DNA of 64,000 bases from Heterodontus francisci (taxonomy: Eukaryota): NCBI RefSeq assembly GCF_036365525.1, contig NC_090414.1, forward strand, positions 20,793,846 through 20,857,845. The letters are read 5' to 3'. This document shows positions 10,611 through 22,975 of the stretch, piece after piece. The first letter of the stretch is position 1. Each line of letters opens with the position of its first letter. A program made the translations under genes and the position numbers. The notes under the pieces were generated by a model. It was not told the DNA's origin. It searched no databases and was given only the letters and a program-made list of their open reading frames with translations.

Positions 10611-11100
10611 ATCTAACCCCCGTGCTGTACCTGTCCTGGGGAGTGTTTGATGGGGACAGTGTAGAGGGAGCTTTACTCTGTATCTAACCCCCGTGCTGTA
10701 CCTGTCCTGGGAGTGTTTGATGGGGACAGTGTAGAGGGAGCTTTACTCTGTATCTAACCCCCGTACTGTACCTGTCCTGGGGAGTGTTTGATGGGGACAG
10801 TGTAGAGGGAGCTTTACTCTGTATCTAACCCCCGTACTGTACCTGTCCTGGGGAGTGTTTGATGGGGACAGTGTAGAGGGAGCTTTACTCTGTATCTAAC
10901 CCCGTACTGTACCTGTCCTGGGAGTGTTTGATGGGGACAGTGTAGAGGGAGCTTTACTCTGTATCTAACCCCCGTGCTGTACCTGTCCTGGGAGTGTTTG
11001 ATGGGGACAGTGTAGAGGGAGCTTTACTCTGTATCTAACCCCGTACTGTACCTGTCCTGGGAGTGTTTGATGGGGACAGTGTAGAGGGAGCTTTACTCTG
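10607..11100 (+). repeat. 70-bp satellite array (~7 units)
   Basis: Same unit as 1-935. Confidence 0.97.
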
Positions 11101-12129
11101 AATTGAAGCTGTTGATATGTGAAGCTGCTCAATGGAGGAACTGAACTGAGACTTGGAGAAGGGAAGGATTTGGTAAAGATTTTTGACTGTGCTGGACTCC
11201 GGTCAGGGCAGGGTGATGAATAAGAGGCTTATCAGGAAAAGTCTGAATAAACAATTCTTCCTTTTAGCCAGCAGCGCAGGATGTAGCTGCACATTGTAAT
11301 ATATTGAGTCATATTGGACTGATCCGAGTCATACTCCTGGACTGCACGTGTCACAAAGCACAGAGAGAAATGATTGAAACTTAAGGCAGTGTTGGGGCTA
11401 AGGGGGCGCATTGAAACTCTGACCATTGAGATTTGTGGGCGGTCAAGGGTCAAAGGGCATAGTGGAAGGGAGCAAAGTTGAAAAAAGACTGGGACAGAGG
11501 TTGGGGGCGAATAATTGGAGGAGACCAAGCTTGGTTACTGCAAGCCTGGAGAGTGGGTGGGGGGGAAGAGATAAATGACGGACAGGAAGTGACCCTTGAT
11601 CCAGCCGACTGCCCAGTGCCTTCCAATATCCCAGTACATCAGAGGCTCCTCGTTCCCCGTTTCCCTACAATTCCTCAGTTTCTCCAGTCAATCTGCCATG
11701 CCTGGAATCATTCTGGTAAATCCATCCCGCACCCTCTCCGAAGCCTTCACAACCTTCCTAAGGCGTGGTGTCCGGAATATTCCAGCTGGGCGTAACCAGT
11801 GTTGTAGATGTGTTTATAGGGACTCTCCACTCCACCTGATCCCATGTGTTCCCCCAGGGTCCGCTATCCTCTGGGAAAACTCACCATCCGACACCCCACC
11901 CCCGATCGGGCCTGATACAATAACTGGAGGTTGTGAGTCCCACAGATCCTTGTGTGGGGGCTAGTAGGGAGCAGCTGGACTGAATGGCCTCTGTGTATGG
12001 TGGAACAGCGCCACGCAGTGGCAGGCAGGCAGTACTACAGTGTCTGGGAAAGGTTGCTCTTGTGCCACCCGGTGGCAGTTGTGAGGGGGTACAAGTCTGC
12101 GACCACTCCCACCCCACCCCCCAGTGTAA

Positions 12130-13040
12130 AACAATAGTGGAAAAATCAGGGGGGCAAAAGAGAGAGAGGAGCTTAAAACAATCACAATCACTGGAGGTAA
12201 ACTAATGGGACTGAAGGCTGACAAGTCCCTGCAACTGATGGCCTGCATCCGAAGGTCTTAAAAGAAATGGATGCAGAGATAGTGGATGCATTGGTTGTAA
12301 ATCTTCCAAAATTCCCCAGATTCTGGATAAGTCCCAGCGAATTGGTAAATGGTAAATGTGACAACTCTATTCAAGAAAGGAGGGAGACAGAAAGCAGGAA
12401 ACTATAGGCCAGTTTAGCCTAACATCTGGCAGTGGGGAAATGCTGGAATCTGTTATTAAGGCAGTTGTAACAGGACATTTAGAAAATTATAATGTAATTA
12501 GGCAGAGTCAACATGGTTTTATGAAAGGGAAGTCGTATTTGATAAATTTATTAGAGTTCTTTGAGGAAGTAACAAGCAGCGTGGGTAAAGGGGGAACAAG
12601 TAGATGTAGTGTATTGGGATGTCCAGAAGGCGTTGCTAAGGTGCCACATAGAAGGTTACTACAGAAGGTTCACTCGGCTGATTCCTGGGATGAAGGGGTT
12701 GTCTTATGAGGAAAGTTTGGGCCTATACTCATTGGAGTTTAGTAGAACAGGAGGTGATCTTATTGAAACATGTAAGATTCTGAGGGATCTTGACAGGGGT
12801 AGATGCTGAGAGGATGTTTCCCCTCGTGGGGGAATCGAGAACTAGGGGGTACAGTTTCAGAATGAGGGGGGTCTCCCATTGAAGACGGAGATGAGGAGGA
12901 ATTTCTTCTCTCTGAGGGTTGTTAATCTTTGGAATTCTCTTACCCAGAGAGCAGTGGAGGCTGGGTCATTGAATATATTCAAGGCTGAGTTAGACAGATT
13001 TTTGAATGGCCTACTCCTGCTCCCGTTCCTTAGATTCTAA
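12130..13040 (+). mobile_element. Degenerate CR1-type LINE fragment (RT and 3' end)
   Basis: Translation IRQSQHGFMKGKSYLINLLEFFEEVT; near-identical 3' part recurs on minus strand at ~56370-56900. Confidence 0.8.
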
Positions 13041-13380
13041 GGTTCTTATGTTTCCTTAAATCTGCGTTTCTGACTTCTGTGACTTCTGGCTCAATTAAAA
13101 ATCCCTACTCCAGTTAGCATGGAGGCTTTGCCACGCAACACGTTGGAGAGTGTGAAGACAGGACTTTGTCTCCACAAGGACTGTCACTCCTACCAACACT
13201 GTCATGGACAGATGCATCTGCGACAGGCAAATTGGTGAGGACGAGGTCAAGTATGTTTTTTTTCCCTCTTGTTGGTTCCCTCACCACCTGCCGCAGACCC
13301 AGTCTAGCAGCGATGTCCTTTAGGACTCGACCAGCTCAGTCAGTAGTGGTGCTACCGAGCCACTCTTGGTGATGGACATT

Positions 13381-13800
13381 TCTGTAACCTCCTCCAGCCC
13401 CTACAACCCTCCCTATCTCTGTAACCTCCTCCATCCCCTACAACACTCCCTATCTCTGTAACCTCCTCCAGCCCCTACAACCCTCCCTATCTCTGTAACC
13501 TCCTCCATCCCCTACAACACTCCCTATCTCTGTAACCTCCTCCATCCCCTACAACCCTCCCTATCTCTATAACCTCCTCCATCCCCTACAACCCTCCCTA
13601 TCTCTATAACCTCCTCCAGCCCCAACAACCCTCCCTATCTCTGTAACCTCCTCCAGCCCCAACAACCCTCCCTATCTCTGTAACCTCCTCCAGCCCCTAC
13701 AACCCTCCCTATCTCTCTAACCTCCTCCAGCCCCAACAACCCTCCCTATCTCTGTAACCTACTCCAGCCCCTACAACCCTCCCTATCTCTGTAACCTCCT
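13381..13800 (+). repeat. 37-bp minisatellite derived from L2 ORF2
   Basis: Unit CTCTGTAACCTCCTCCAGCCCCTACAACCCTCCCTAT, continuous with the L2 3' end that follows. Confidence 0.93.
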
Positions 13801-14130
13801 CCAGCCCCCACAACCCTCCGAGATCTCTGCGCTCCTCCAATTCCGTCCTCTTGTCCATCCCCCGATTCCCATCTCTCCACCATTGCCGGCCGTGCCTTCA
13901 GCTGCCTGGGGCCCTAAGCTCTGGAATTCCCTCCCTAAACCTCTCCGTCTCTCTCTCTCCTCCTTTAAGACGCTCCTTAAAAACCGACCTCTTTGACCGA
14001 GCTTTTGGTCGCCTGTCCCTAATATCTCCTGATGTGGCTCGGGGTCAAATTCTGTCTGATTTACGCTCCTGGGAAGCACCTTGAGATGTAATACCAGGTT
14101 AAAGGTGCGAGATAAATGCAAGTGGTTTGC
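13800..14130 (+). mobile_element. L2-like LINE 3' end
   Basis: Encodes remnant GRAFSCLGP.LWNSLPKPLRL..SFKTLLK typical of L2 ORF2 C-terminus. Confidence 0.75.
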
Positions 14131-14329
14131 CTTCAGAGACTTGGGGAATGTCTCTGTATGCAATTGCTGGTGCCTGGTAATTCCTCCATAGAGGCATCCT
14201 CTGTGCATGAGCTGACTATTCGGCCACGGGGTGCAGCACAATCACTAAATTTCGGTGAAGGATCAGCCGGGGAGGACGGAGATTGACCAGAAAGACAGCT
14301 TTGCTGTTTGACCACATTGAACTGCAGGA

Positions 14330-16650
14330 AACTGTGAGAAAGGCTTTGCATTACTTTAGCCCCTTTCACATTCTCCGGACGTCCCAAAGTGCTGCACAGC
14401 CAGTCAAGTACTTTTCTGAGGCGCGTTGTCACTGCTGTGATGTAGGAAACGCAGCAGCCGAGTTGCGCACAGCAAGATCCCACAAACATCGATGAGGTAA
14501 TGACCCAGATCGTCCGCTTTTTCACCAGTGATGTTGGTTGAGGGATAAATATTGGCCCCAGGACACCGGGGAGAACCCCCCCCCCCCCCACTTCCCCCGC
14601 CCCCTCTCTTCAAAATAACGGGGATGGGATCTTTAATGTCCACCTGAGAGGGCTGGAGGGGTTTCGGTTTAACGTTGCATGTGAAAGATGGCACCTCCAA
14701 CAGTGCGGCACTCCCTCAGTACTGACCCTCCGACAGTGCGGCACTCCCTCAGTACTGACCCTCCGACAGTGCGGCACTCCCTCAGTACTGACCCTCCGAC
14801 AGTGCGGCACTCCCTCAGTACTGACCCTCCGACAGTGCGGCACTCCCTCAGTACTGACCCTCCGACAGTGCGGCACTCTCTCAGTACTGACCCTCCGACA
14901 GTGCGGCACTCCCTCAGTACTGACCCTCCGACAGTGCGGCACTCCCTCAGTACTGACCCTCCGACAGTGCGGCACTCCCTCAGTACTGACCCTCCGACAG
15001 TGCGGCACTCCCTCAGTACTGACCCTCCGACAGTGCGGCGCTCCCTCAGTACTGACCCTCCGACAGTGCGGCACTCCCTCAGTACTGACCCTCCAACAGT
15101 GCAGCGCTCCCTCAGTACTGACCCTCCGACAGTGCGGCACTCCCTCAGTACTGACCCTCCGACAGTGCGGCACTCCCTCAGTACTGACCCTCTGACAGTG
15201 CGGCACTCCCTCAGTACTGAACCTCCGACAGTGCGGCGCTCCCTCAGTACTGACCCTCCGACAGTGCGGCACCCCCTCAGTACTGACCCTCCGACAGTGC
15301 GGTGCTCCCTCAGTACTGACCCTCCGACAGTGCAGCACTCCCTCAGTACTGACCCTCCGACAGTGCGGCACTCCCTCAGTACTGACCCTCCAACAGTGCA
15401 GCGCTCCCTCAGTACTGACCCTCCGACAGTGCGGCACTCCCTCAGTACTGACCCTCCAACAGTGCGGCACTCCCTCAGTACTGACCCTCCGACAGTGCGG
15501 CGCTCCCTCAGTACTGACCCTCCGACAGTGCGGCACTCCCTCAGTACTGACCCTCCGATAGTGCGGCACTCCCTCAGTACTGACCCTCCGACAGTGCGGC
15601 AATCCCTCAGTACTGACCCTCCGACAGTGCGGCACTCCCTCAGTACTGACCCTCCAACAGTGCAGCGCTCCCTCAGTACTGACCCTCCGACAGTGCGGCA
15701 CTCCCTCAGTACTGACCCTCCGACAGTGCGGCACTCCCTCAGTACTGACCCTCCGACAGTGCGGCACTCCCTCAGTACTGACTCTCCGACAGTGCAGCAC
15801 TCTCTAAGTACTGACCCTCCGACAGTACGGCACTCCCTCAGTACTGAACCTCCGACAGTGCAGCACTCTCTAAGTACTGACCCTCCGACAGTGCGGCACT
15901 CCCTCAGTACTGACCCTCCGACAGTGCGGCACTCCCTCAGTACTGACTCTCCGACAGTGCGGCACTCCCTCAGTACTGACCCTCTGACAGTGCGGCACTC
16001 CCTCAGTACTGACCCTCTGACAGTGCGGCACTCCCTCAGTACTGACCCTCCGACAGTGCGGCACTCCCTCAGTACTGACCCTCCGACAGTGCGGCACTCC
16101 CTCAGTACTGACTCTCCGACAGTGCAGCACTCTCTAAGTACTGACCCTCCGACAGTACGGCACTCCCTCAGTACTGAACCTCCGACAGTGCAGCACTCTC
16201 TAAGTACTGACCCTCCGACAGTGCGGCACTCCCTCAGTACTGACCCTCCGACAGTGCGGCACTCCCTCAGTACTGACTCTCCGACAGTGCGGCACTCCCT
16301 CAGTACTGACCCTCCGACAGTGCGGCACTCCCTCAGTACTGACTCTCCGACAGTGCGGCACTCCCTCAGTACTGACCCTCCGACAGTGCGGCACTCCCTC
16401 AGTACTGACCCTCCGACAGTGCGGCACTCCCTCAGTACTGACTCTCCGACAGTGCAGCACTCTCTAAGTACTGACCCTCCGACAGTGCGGCACTCCCTCA
16501 GTACTGACTCTCCGACAGTGCGGCACTCCCTCAGTACTGACCCTCTGACAGTGCGGCACTCCCTCAATACTGCACTGGGAGTGTCGGCCTGGACTTTGTC
16601 CTCAAGTCTCTGGACTGGGGCTCAAACCCAGAACCTTCTGACTGTAAGAG
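14330..16650 (-). mobile_element. tRNA-derived Deu-domain SINE with internal 33-bp expansion
   Basis: B-box-like GGTTTGAGCCC head near 16625; body matches other copies at ~29400-29750, 42060-42400, 50295-50690 and 53300-53770. Confidence 0.72.
14697..16570. repeat. 33-bp minisatellite (~57 copies)
   Basis: Unit CCGACAGTGCGGCACTCCCTCAGTACTGACCCT. Confidence 0.97.
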
Positions 16651-17309
16651 AGCTACCGGCGAAGCTGCTGTTGCCGCTGGATGGTCCAGTACTTGCAGAA
16701 CATGGAGGCCCCAGGCATCCTGGAGCGAGCCTCGCAGGTCCTGGAATAGTGTGTGTGAGGAGGTGTCGTGATGCTTTTAGGATGGATACGAATGGGATCA
16801 AGTAGGATCACTTGGACGAGGATGGGTCTGGATGAGAGGGCAGTGAGCAGACGTGACAGTGCTGACAACAACAGAGGATGAGGGAACACATTTTGGTCAA
16901 TTACTTAGCATCGCATTGAATTTCCAGCACAGAAACAGGCTGTTCAGCCCATCTGCTCCGTGCTGGTGTTTCTGCCCCACACGAGCCTCCTCCCCCACCC
17001 CCTCTCCATCTCTCCCCCATCACCATCTCCTATTCCTTTCTCCCTCGTGTGTTTATCCAGCTTCCCCTTAAATGCATCGACACTATTCATGTGTTCATGA
17101 AGGGAGCAGAAAGATTGTTTCATACTTAAAACATTTGGGGCTTCTGCAAACAGGAAGGGGATTGGCCGGGAATATTTAAGCCTCAGGATGCGGCTCTTTC
17201 TCCCAGTTCTGGTCTGACAGGAAAAGCCATCGGAATTCTAAAATAGGCACAGCGAGAAACAGGGGAAGTGTCTCCTCGGTCGCCGGAGATTACAGACGGC
17301 ACTGCAACA

Positions 17310-17590
17310 ACAACTCGCCTTCACATAGCGTGGTTAACTCAGTAAAACATCCCGCAAGCCACATAAGGAGATATTAGGGACAGGCGACCAAAAGCTCGGT
17401 CAAAGAGGTCGGTTTTTAAGGAGCGTCTTAAAGGAGGGGAGAGAGAGGCGGAGAGGTTTAGGGAGGGAATTCCAGAGCTTAGGACCCCAGGCAGCTGAAG
17501 GCACGGCCGCCAATGGTGGAGCGATGGGAATCGGGGGATGGACAAGAGGGCGGAATTGGAGGAGCGCAGAGATCTCGGAGGGTTGTGGGG
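17310..17590 (-). mobile_element. L2-like LINE 3' end, inverted relative to the 13.8-kb copy
   Basis: Reverse complement of 13800-14040. Confidence 0.75.
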
Positions 17591-18692
17591 GCTGGAGGAG
17601 GTTACAGAGATAGGGAGGGTTGTAGGGGCTGGAGGAGGTTTCGGAGATAGGGAGGGTTGTAGGTGCTGGAGGAGGTTTCGGAGATAGGGAGGGTTTTAGG
17701 TGCTGGAGGAGGTTACAGAGATAGGGAGGGTTGTAGGTGCTGGAGGAGGTTAGAGAGATAGGGAGGGTTGTTGGTGCTGGAGGAGGTTAGAGAGATAGGG
17801 AGGGTTGTAGGTGCTGGAGGAGGTTAGAGAGATAGGGAGGGTTGTAGGTGCTGGAGGAGGTTAGAGAGATAGGGAGGGTTGTTGGTGCTGGAGGAGGTTA
17901 CACAGATAGGGAGGGTTGTAGGTGCTGGAGGAGGTTACAGAGATAGGGAGGGTTGTAGGTGCTGGAGGAGGTTAGAGAGATAGGGAGGGTTGTTGGTGCT
18001 GGAGAAGGTTACAGAGATAGGGAGGGTTGTTGGTGCTGGAGGAGGTTAGAGAGATAGGGAGGGTTGTTGGTGCTGGAGGAGGTTAGAGAGATAGGGAGGG
18101 TTGTAGGTGCTGGAGGAGGTTACAGAGATAGGGAGGGTTGTTGGTGCTGGAGGAGGTTACAGAGATAGGGAGGGTTGTTGGTGCTGGAGGAGGTTAGAGA
18201 GATAGGGAGGGTTGTTGGTGCTGGAGGAGGTTAGAGAGATAGGGAGGGTTGTAGGTGCTGGAGAAGGTTACAGAGATAGGGAGGGTTGTAGGTGCTGGAG
18301 AAGGTTACAGAGATAGGGAGGGTTGTTGGTGCTGGAGGAGGTTAGAGAGATAGGGAGGGTTGTAGGTGCTGGAGGAGGTTACAGAGATAGGGAGGGTTGT
18401 TGGTGCTGGAGGAGGTTAGAGAGATAGGGAGGGTTGTAGGTGCTGGAGGAGGTTAGAGAGATAGGGAGGGTTGTAGGTGCTGGAGAAGGTTACAGAGATA
18501 GGGAGGGTTGTAGGGGCTGGAGGAGGTTAGAGAGATAGGGAGGGTTGTGGGGGCTGGAGGAGGTTAGAGAGATAGGGAGTGTTGTAGGTGCTGGCGGAGG
18601 TTAGAGAGATAGGGAGGGTTGTAGGGGCTGGAGGAGGTTACAGAGATAGGAAGGGTTGTAGGGGCTGGAGGAGGTTACAGAGATAGGAAGGG
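17590..18692 (-). repeat. 37-bp L2-derived minisatellite (~30 copies)
   Basis: Unit GGAGGAGGTTACAGAGATAGGGAGGGTTGTAGGTGCT. Confidence 0.95.
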
Positions 18693-19304
18693 GTTTGAAC
18701 TCAAGGGTGAGAATTGAAAAAGGATACAGAGTGTTGCTCTTTATACTATATCGCAGTGTGCTCTGTCAGGGATAGGCCTCTCAGTGTGAAACAGGCCCAC
18801 TTCTCAAACAAAAGGCAGTGAGTTACACAGTACAAATCTCTAATCACTCTTTAACAATCACAATCTGCCCAGCAACGACACTAAAAACCACCAATAAACT
18901 GAGGGAAAGTCCAGGAACAACTCGTCTCCGCCATCGGTCTGAATCTGTTTATTCATCTCTGCATTCCTTGACAAGTCCTCGATAAGCACAGCAAGATCCC
19001 ACATTAAAAAAAAAGAAAGAGAGAAAAGGGCAACACGATGATGACCAGATCGTCTGTTTGTGTTTTTTTTTTGTAAGTGACGTTGCTCGTGGGATAAATA
19101 TTGGGGCCCCCGGGGGACCCCGGTTTAACGTCTCGTCCGAAAGGCGGCACCCCCCCCCGGCAGTGTGGCACTCCCTCAGCGCGGGCGTTGGGAGTGTCAG
19201 CCTGCGAATAAAGCAACTTGACGCCTGATAACCAGCTTGGGCCAATACTTAACACCCTTCAGAAAATGTCCAAAAAAAAAGAAACGAGGAATTATCCGGC
19301 GCCA

Positions 19305-19943
19305 TTACGCCTGGGAATTGTCAAGACATTCCGGAGTCTCATCCTCAGGGGAGCAGACCAGGTGCAGCTGATCCGGGCTGCCAATGCTACCCGCACTGGA
19401 GCTGCCGTCACCCAGGTCCCTGGGTCCGCAGGGAATGTTGAGGTCGGAGGAGCCGGTTGGACTGGCGTCCGTCCGCCCCGCGCAGTCGTCGTCCCGGATC
19501 ATGCAGAGCTCCTTGAGAGTCAGGTTCTCCTTCACCAGCGCCTCCTGGAGCTGCTCCAGGTTGGCCAGCTTGCGGAGGTAACCCCCCACGTCCTCCCTCA
19601 TCACTCGGGCCGCGTACCGCCCGAAGGCCTGCCACTCCCCGGCCAGGCCCTTGGCCTTCAGCCGGTCGTCGTCCAGGAAGCAGCAGAGCTCCCGCAGCTC
19701 CCGGTTCTCCCCCCGCAGCCGGCTGTTGACGGCCTTCAGCTGGCGGATCTCCAGCAGGTGCTCCTGGAGCTGCCGGTTCACCTCCTGGATGAGGCGTCCC
19801 CTCTGCACCAGGGCGCAAAGCTTCTCCGCCTCGGCCCTGCGGAGCCTCTGGACGAGGTCCTCCTTATCCCAAGCCAGCAGCTCCTCCTCCGGCAGTCTGC
19901 ACAGCTCCACGGGGGGTAAAGCACTGTCCTCCACTCTGCTCAT
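19305..19943 (-). CDS. CCDC85B: Coiled-coil domain-containing protein 85B, single coding exon, 212 aa
   Basis: LIQEVNRQLQEHLLEIRQLK..ENRELRELCCFLDDDR..EWQAFGRYAA; GDGSSSAGSIGSPDQL; head-to-head with FIBP as in mammals. Confidence 0.93.
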   Translation of the reverse strand: MSRVEDSALPPVELCRLPEEELLAWDKEDLVQRLRRAEAEKLCALVQRGRLIQEVNRQLQEHLLEIRQLKAVNSRLRGENRELRELCCFLDDDRLKAKGLAGEWQAFGRYAARVMREDVGGYLRKLANLEQLQEALVKENLTLKELCMIRDDDCAGRTDASPTGSSDLNIPCGPRDLGDGSSSAGSIGSPDQLHLVCSPEDETPECLDNSQA

Positions 19944-21359
19944 CCTCCAGCCCTCTCTCTCTCCCAGGCTCAGACATGCAGATGAAAGCCCCCCTTGCTT
20001 TCAGAACACAATCTCCTCTGTGAATAATGAACAACGCGCCCCTTTTTTTTCTTCCTTTCCTCCCCCAAAGAGAAAGGGAATCCAATTTGCTCCAATCCGC
20101 AGGGGGTTCAGAAATGAGAAGACAGCAAGAAGCGATACTGAAAAGAATTTCACCCGAGTGCAAATGCAGTCAGAGGCTCCAGTGCAAGACTACATCCTGC
20201 AGCTCGGCCAGCCTCCATACATCATTCAAAGCACGTCAGAGGCTGAGCTCTCTTCTAACAACACGGGACATCCTTCCTCAGTAACAAAGCCCCTTCCCTT
20301 CTGAGCATTGTTAACCAAGGAGACAGCAGGGCGGGGGGAGGGGGGGAATCAGCCAACCCGACCCTCATGTGTTTCCACCCACGCAGAAAGGGGCAGATCG
20401 ACAGTCAGGATTCACCTGCCAGAAACGCCCCCAGCTCCCAACCGCCCCTAAACACAAAAAACAATTGCAGTGGGGTTTGTCCTTTTTTTTTTAGCCTGTG
20501 GCAGTACACATGACCCACTTGGTGCGCCAGTGCCGCGGGAGCACCACTCACTCCGAGGTGCTGTCCGCCGGGCGCGGAGTTATGCAGCTGTCAGGTTGCT
20601 GGCTGTGGGATCGCGCTGTGCGTTTCCGACATCGCGCCCCCCCCCCCCCCACCCCTTCATAAGCACTTCGTCAGCTGTGAAGCCCTGGGAGGGAGGGAGG
20701 GGGATGGTGGTGGGTGAGAGGCGCTACATAAAGGCAGGCTCGTTACTGTACAGGGGAGGTACCTGCAATCGAACCGCGCTGGGCGCCTTGGCGAGGTTTC
20801 TACAGAGCAAGAGTTCACCAACTCGGGGAGCAGTTGTGACATGGCCGGGCGGCTGCTCAAGTTGTAATTCAACATTTGAGATCAATAGGGGACACTCCCA
20901 ACGAGATAAGACTCCCCGGGTGAGGCCAGACAGGAACAGGAGGAGGCCATTCAGCCCCTCGATGCTGTCCCACCATTCAATGAGATCATGTACTTTCTCA
21001 CTTCACTCCTGAAAGGTTGAGCATTACTTTTTAGACTCTGCCCCCTACTCCTAGACTCCGCAACCAGTGGAAATAGTTTCTCTCTATCTACCCTCTCAAT
21101 TGCCCTCAATATCTGAAAAAATTGCACCATTGGGGAATTACTTTGTGTCCGGCCTACAGATGTGTTCCCAGAGTTGCACAACAGCCAGAACAGCCAGCAA
21201 CAACTGTGCAGAGAGGCCGATGAGGGGCCGTTGCACTAACATTACTGATTCAATATGAGCACAGAAGAAACAGGAGCAGGATTAGGTCATTCGGCCCCTT
21301 GAACCGACTCCTCCACTCATTACCATCACGGCTCCTCTGCTACTCAACTCAAGGATGTG

Positions 21360-22630
21360 AGTGAGGAGATGGAGTGGGTTTCGGAGGGGGGGTGAGTGAG
21401 GGAAGGGGAGGAGTGTGTTTGGAGGGATGGGAGTGAGTGAGGGATGGAGTGTGTTTGGAGCGTTAGGAGTGAGTAACGATGCAGTGTGTTTGGAGGGATG
21501 GGAGTGAGTGAGGGATGGAGTGTGTTTGGAGGGATGGGAGTGAGTGAGGATGGAGTGTGTTTGGAGGGACTGGAGTGAGGATGGAGTAAGTTTGGAGGGA
21601 TGGGAGTGAGTGAGGGATGGAATGTGTTTGGAGCGTTAGGCGTGAGTAACGATGCAGTGTGTTTGGAGGGATGGGAGTGAGTGAGGGATGGAGTGTGTTT
21701 GGAGGGATGGGAGTGAGTGAGGATGGAGTGTGTTTGGAGGGACTGGAGTGAGGATGGAGTAAGTTTGGAGGGATGGGAGTGAGTGAAGATGGAGTGTATT
21801 TTGAGGGATGGCAGTGAGTGAGGATGGAGGGTGTTTGGAGGGATGGAGTGTATTTGGAGGGATGGGAGTGCGTGAGGATGGTGGGTGCTTGGAGGGATAG
21901 GAGTGAGTGAGGATGAAGTGTGTTTAGAGGGATGGGAGGGTGTGAGGATGGATTGTGTTTGGAGGGATGGGAGTGAGTGAGGTTAGAGTGTGTTTGGAAG
22001 GATGGGAGGGAGTGAGGGATGGAGTTTGTTTGGAGGGATGGGAGTGAGTGAAAATGGAGTGTGTTTGGAGGGATGGGAGTGAGTGAGGATGGAGTGTGTT
22101 TGGAGGGATGGGAGTGAGTGAGGATGGAGTGTGTTATGAGGGATGGGAATGAGTGAAGATGGAGAGTGTATGGAGGGATGGGAGTGAGTGAGGAATGGAG
22201 TGTGTTTGGAGGGATGGGAGTGAGTGAGGATGGAGTGTGTTTGGAGGGATGAGAGTGAGGATGTAGTGTGTTTGGAGGGATGGGAGTGAGTGAGGATGGA
22301 GTTTGTTTGGAGGGATGGGAGTGAGTGAGGATGGAGTGTGTTTGGAGGGATTGAGGGTGAGGATGGAGGGTGTTTGGAGGGATGGTAGTGAGTGAGGATG
22401 GAGGGTGTTTGGAGGGATGGTAGTGAGTGAGGATGGAGGGTGTTTGGAGGGATGGTAGTGAGTGAGGATGGAGGGTGTTTGGAGGGATGGTAGTGAGTGA
22501 GGATGGAGGGTGTTTGGAGGGATGGTAGTGAGTGAGGATGGAGGGTGTTTGGAGGGATGGTAGTGAGTGAGGATGGAGGGTGTTTGGAGGGATGGTAGTG
22601 AGTGAGGATGGAGGGTGTTTGGAGGGATGG
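21360..22630. repeat. G/A-rich ~34-bp minisatellite
   Basis: Unit ~GAGTGTGTTTGGAGGGATGGGAGTGAGTGAGGATG. Confidence 0.93.
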
Positions 22631-22639
22631 CTGCTGCTC

Positions 22640-22830
22640 AGGAGCTGCCCGCGAGGCCCCGCCCCTTTCTCCCCATTGCCACAGCGAGCATGCGCGGGTC
22701 CTGTTTGTGACGAGCCCGGGGAGCCCTGTGCCTATTGGTCACCGCTCACCGGACGTTCCCAGTTGCTGTCCGTCGCCTCTGATTGGACAGCGTCTTTGAC
22801 CCGGAAGTGGCTCCTCTGGCTGTAATTGAT
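22640..22830. promoter_or_regulatory. Likely bidirectional FIBP/CCDC85B promoter
   Basis: CpG-rich; GC box 22655-22665, NRF1-like GCATGCGC 22688-22695, inverted CCAAT at 22734 and 22782, ETS/GABPA CCGGAAGTG 22801-22809. Confidence 0.72.
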
Positions 22831-22975
22831 GGCTGTCTTGTGGGGTTTTATTGTGTTTTGGAGTCGCTGAGGTTCTCAAAGTCTGGGGGAAAACTTCAAA
22901 CCTATCGCAGGGATAAAGTGACTGAGAAACAAACCCACCTTCAGGGGAAGGGAGGACCACCTCTATTAGGGGCTT

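Noticed and set aside
14610-16805. Long ORFs of 396-705 aa on both strands
   Set aside because: Artefact of a 33-bp (3n) repeat inside a SINE; no domain content or splice context.
19218-20304. Plus-strand ORFs overlapping CCDC85B
   Set aside because: Antisense shadows of a GC-rich CDS.
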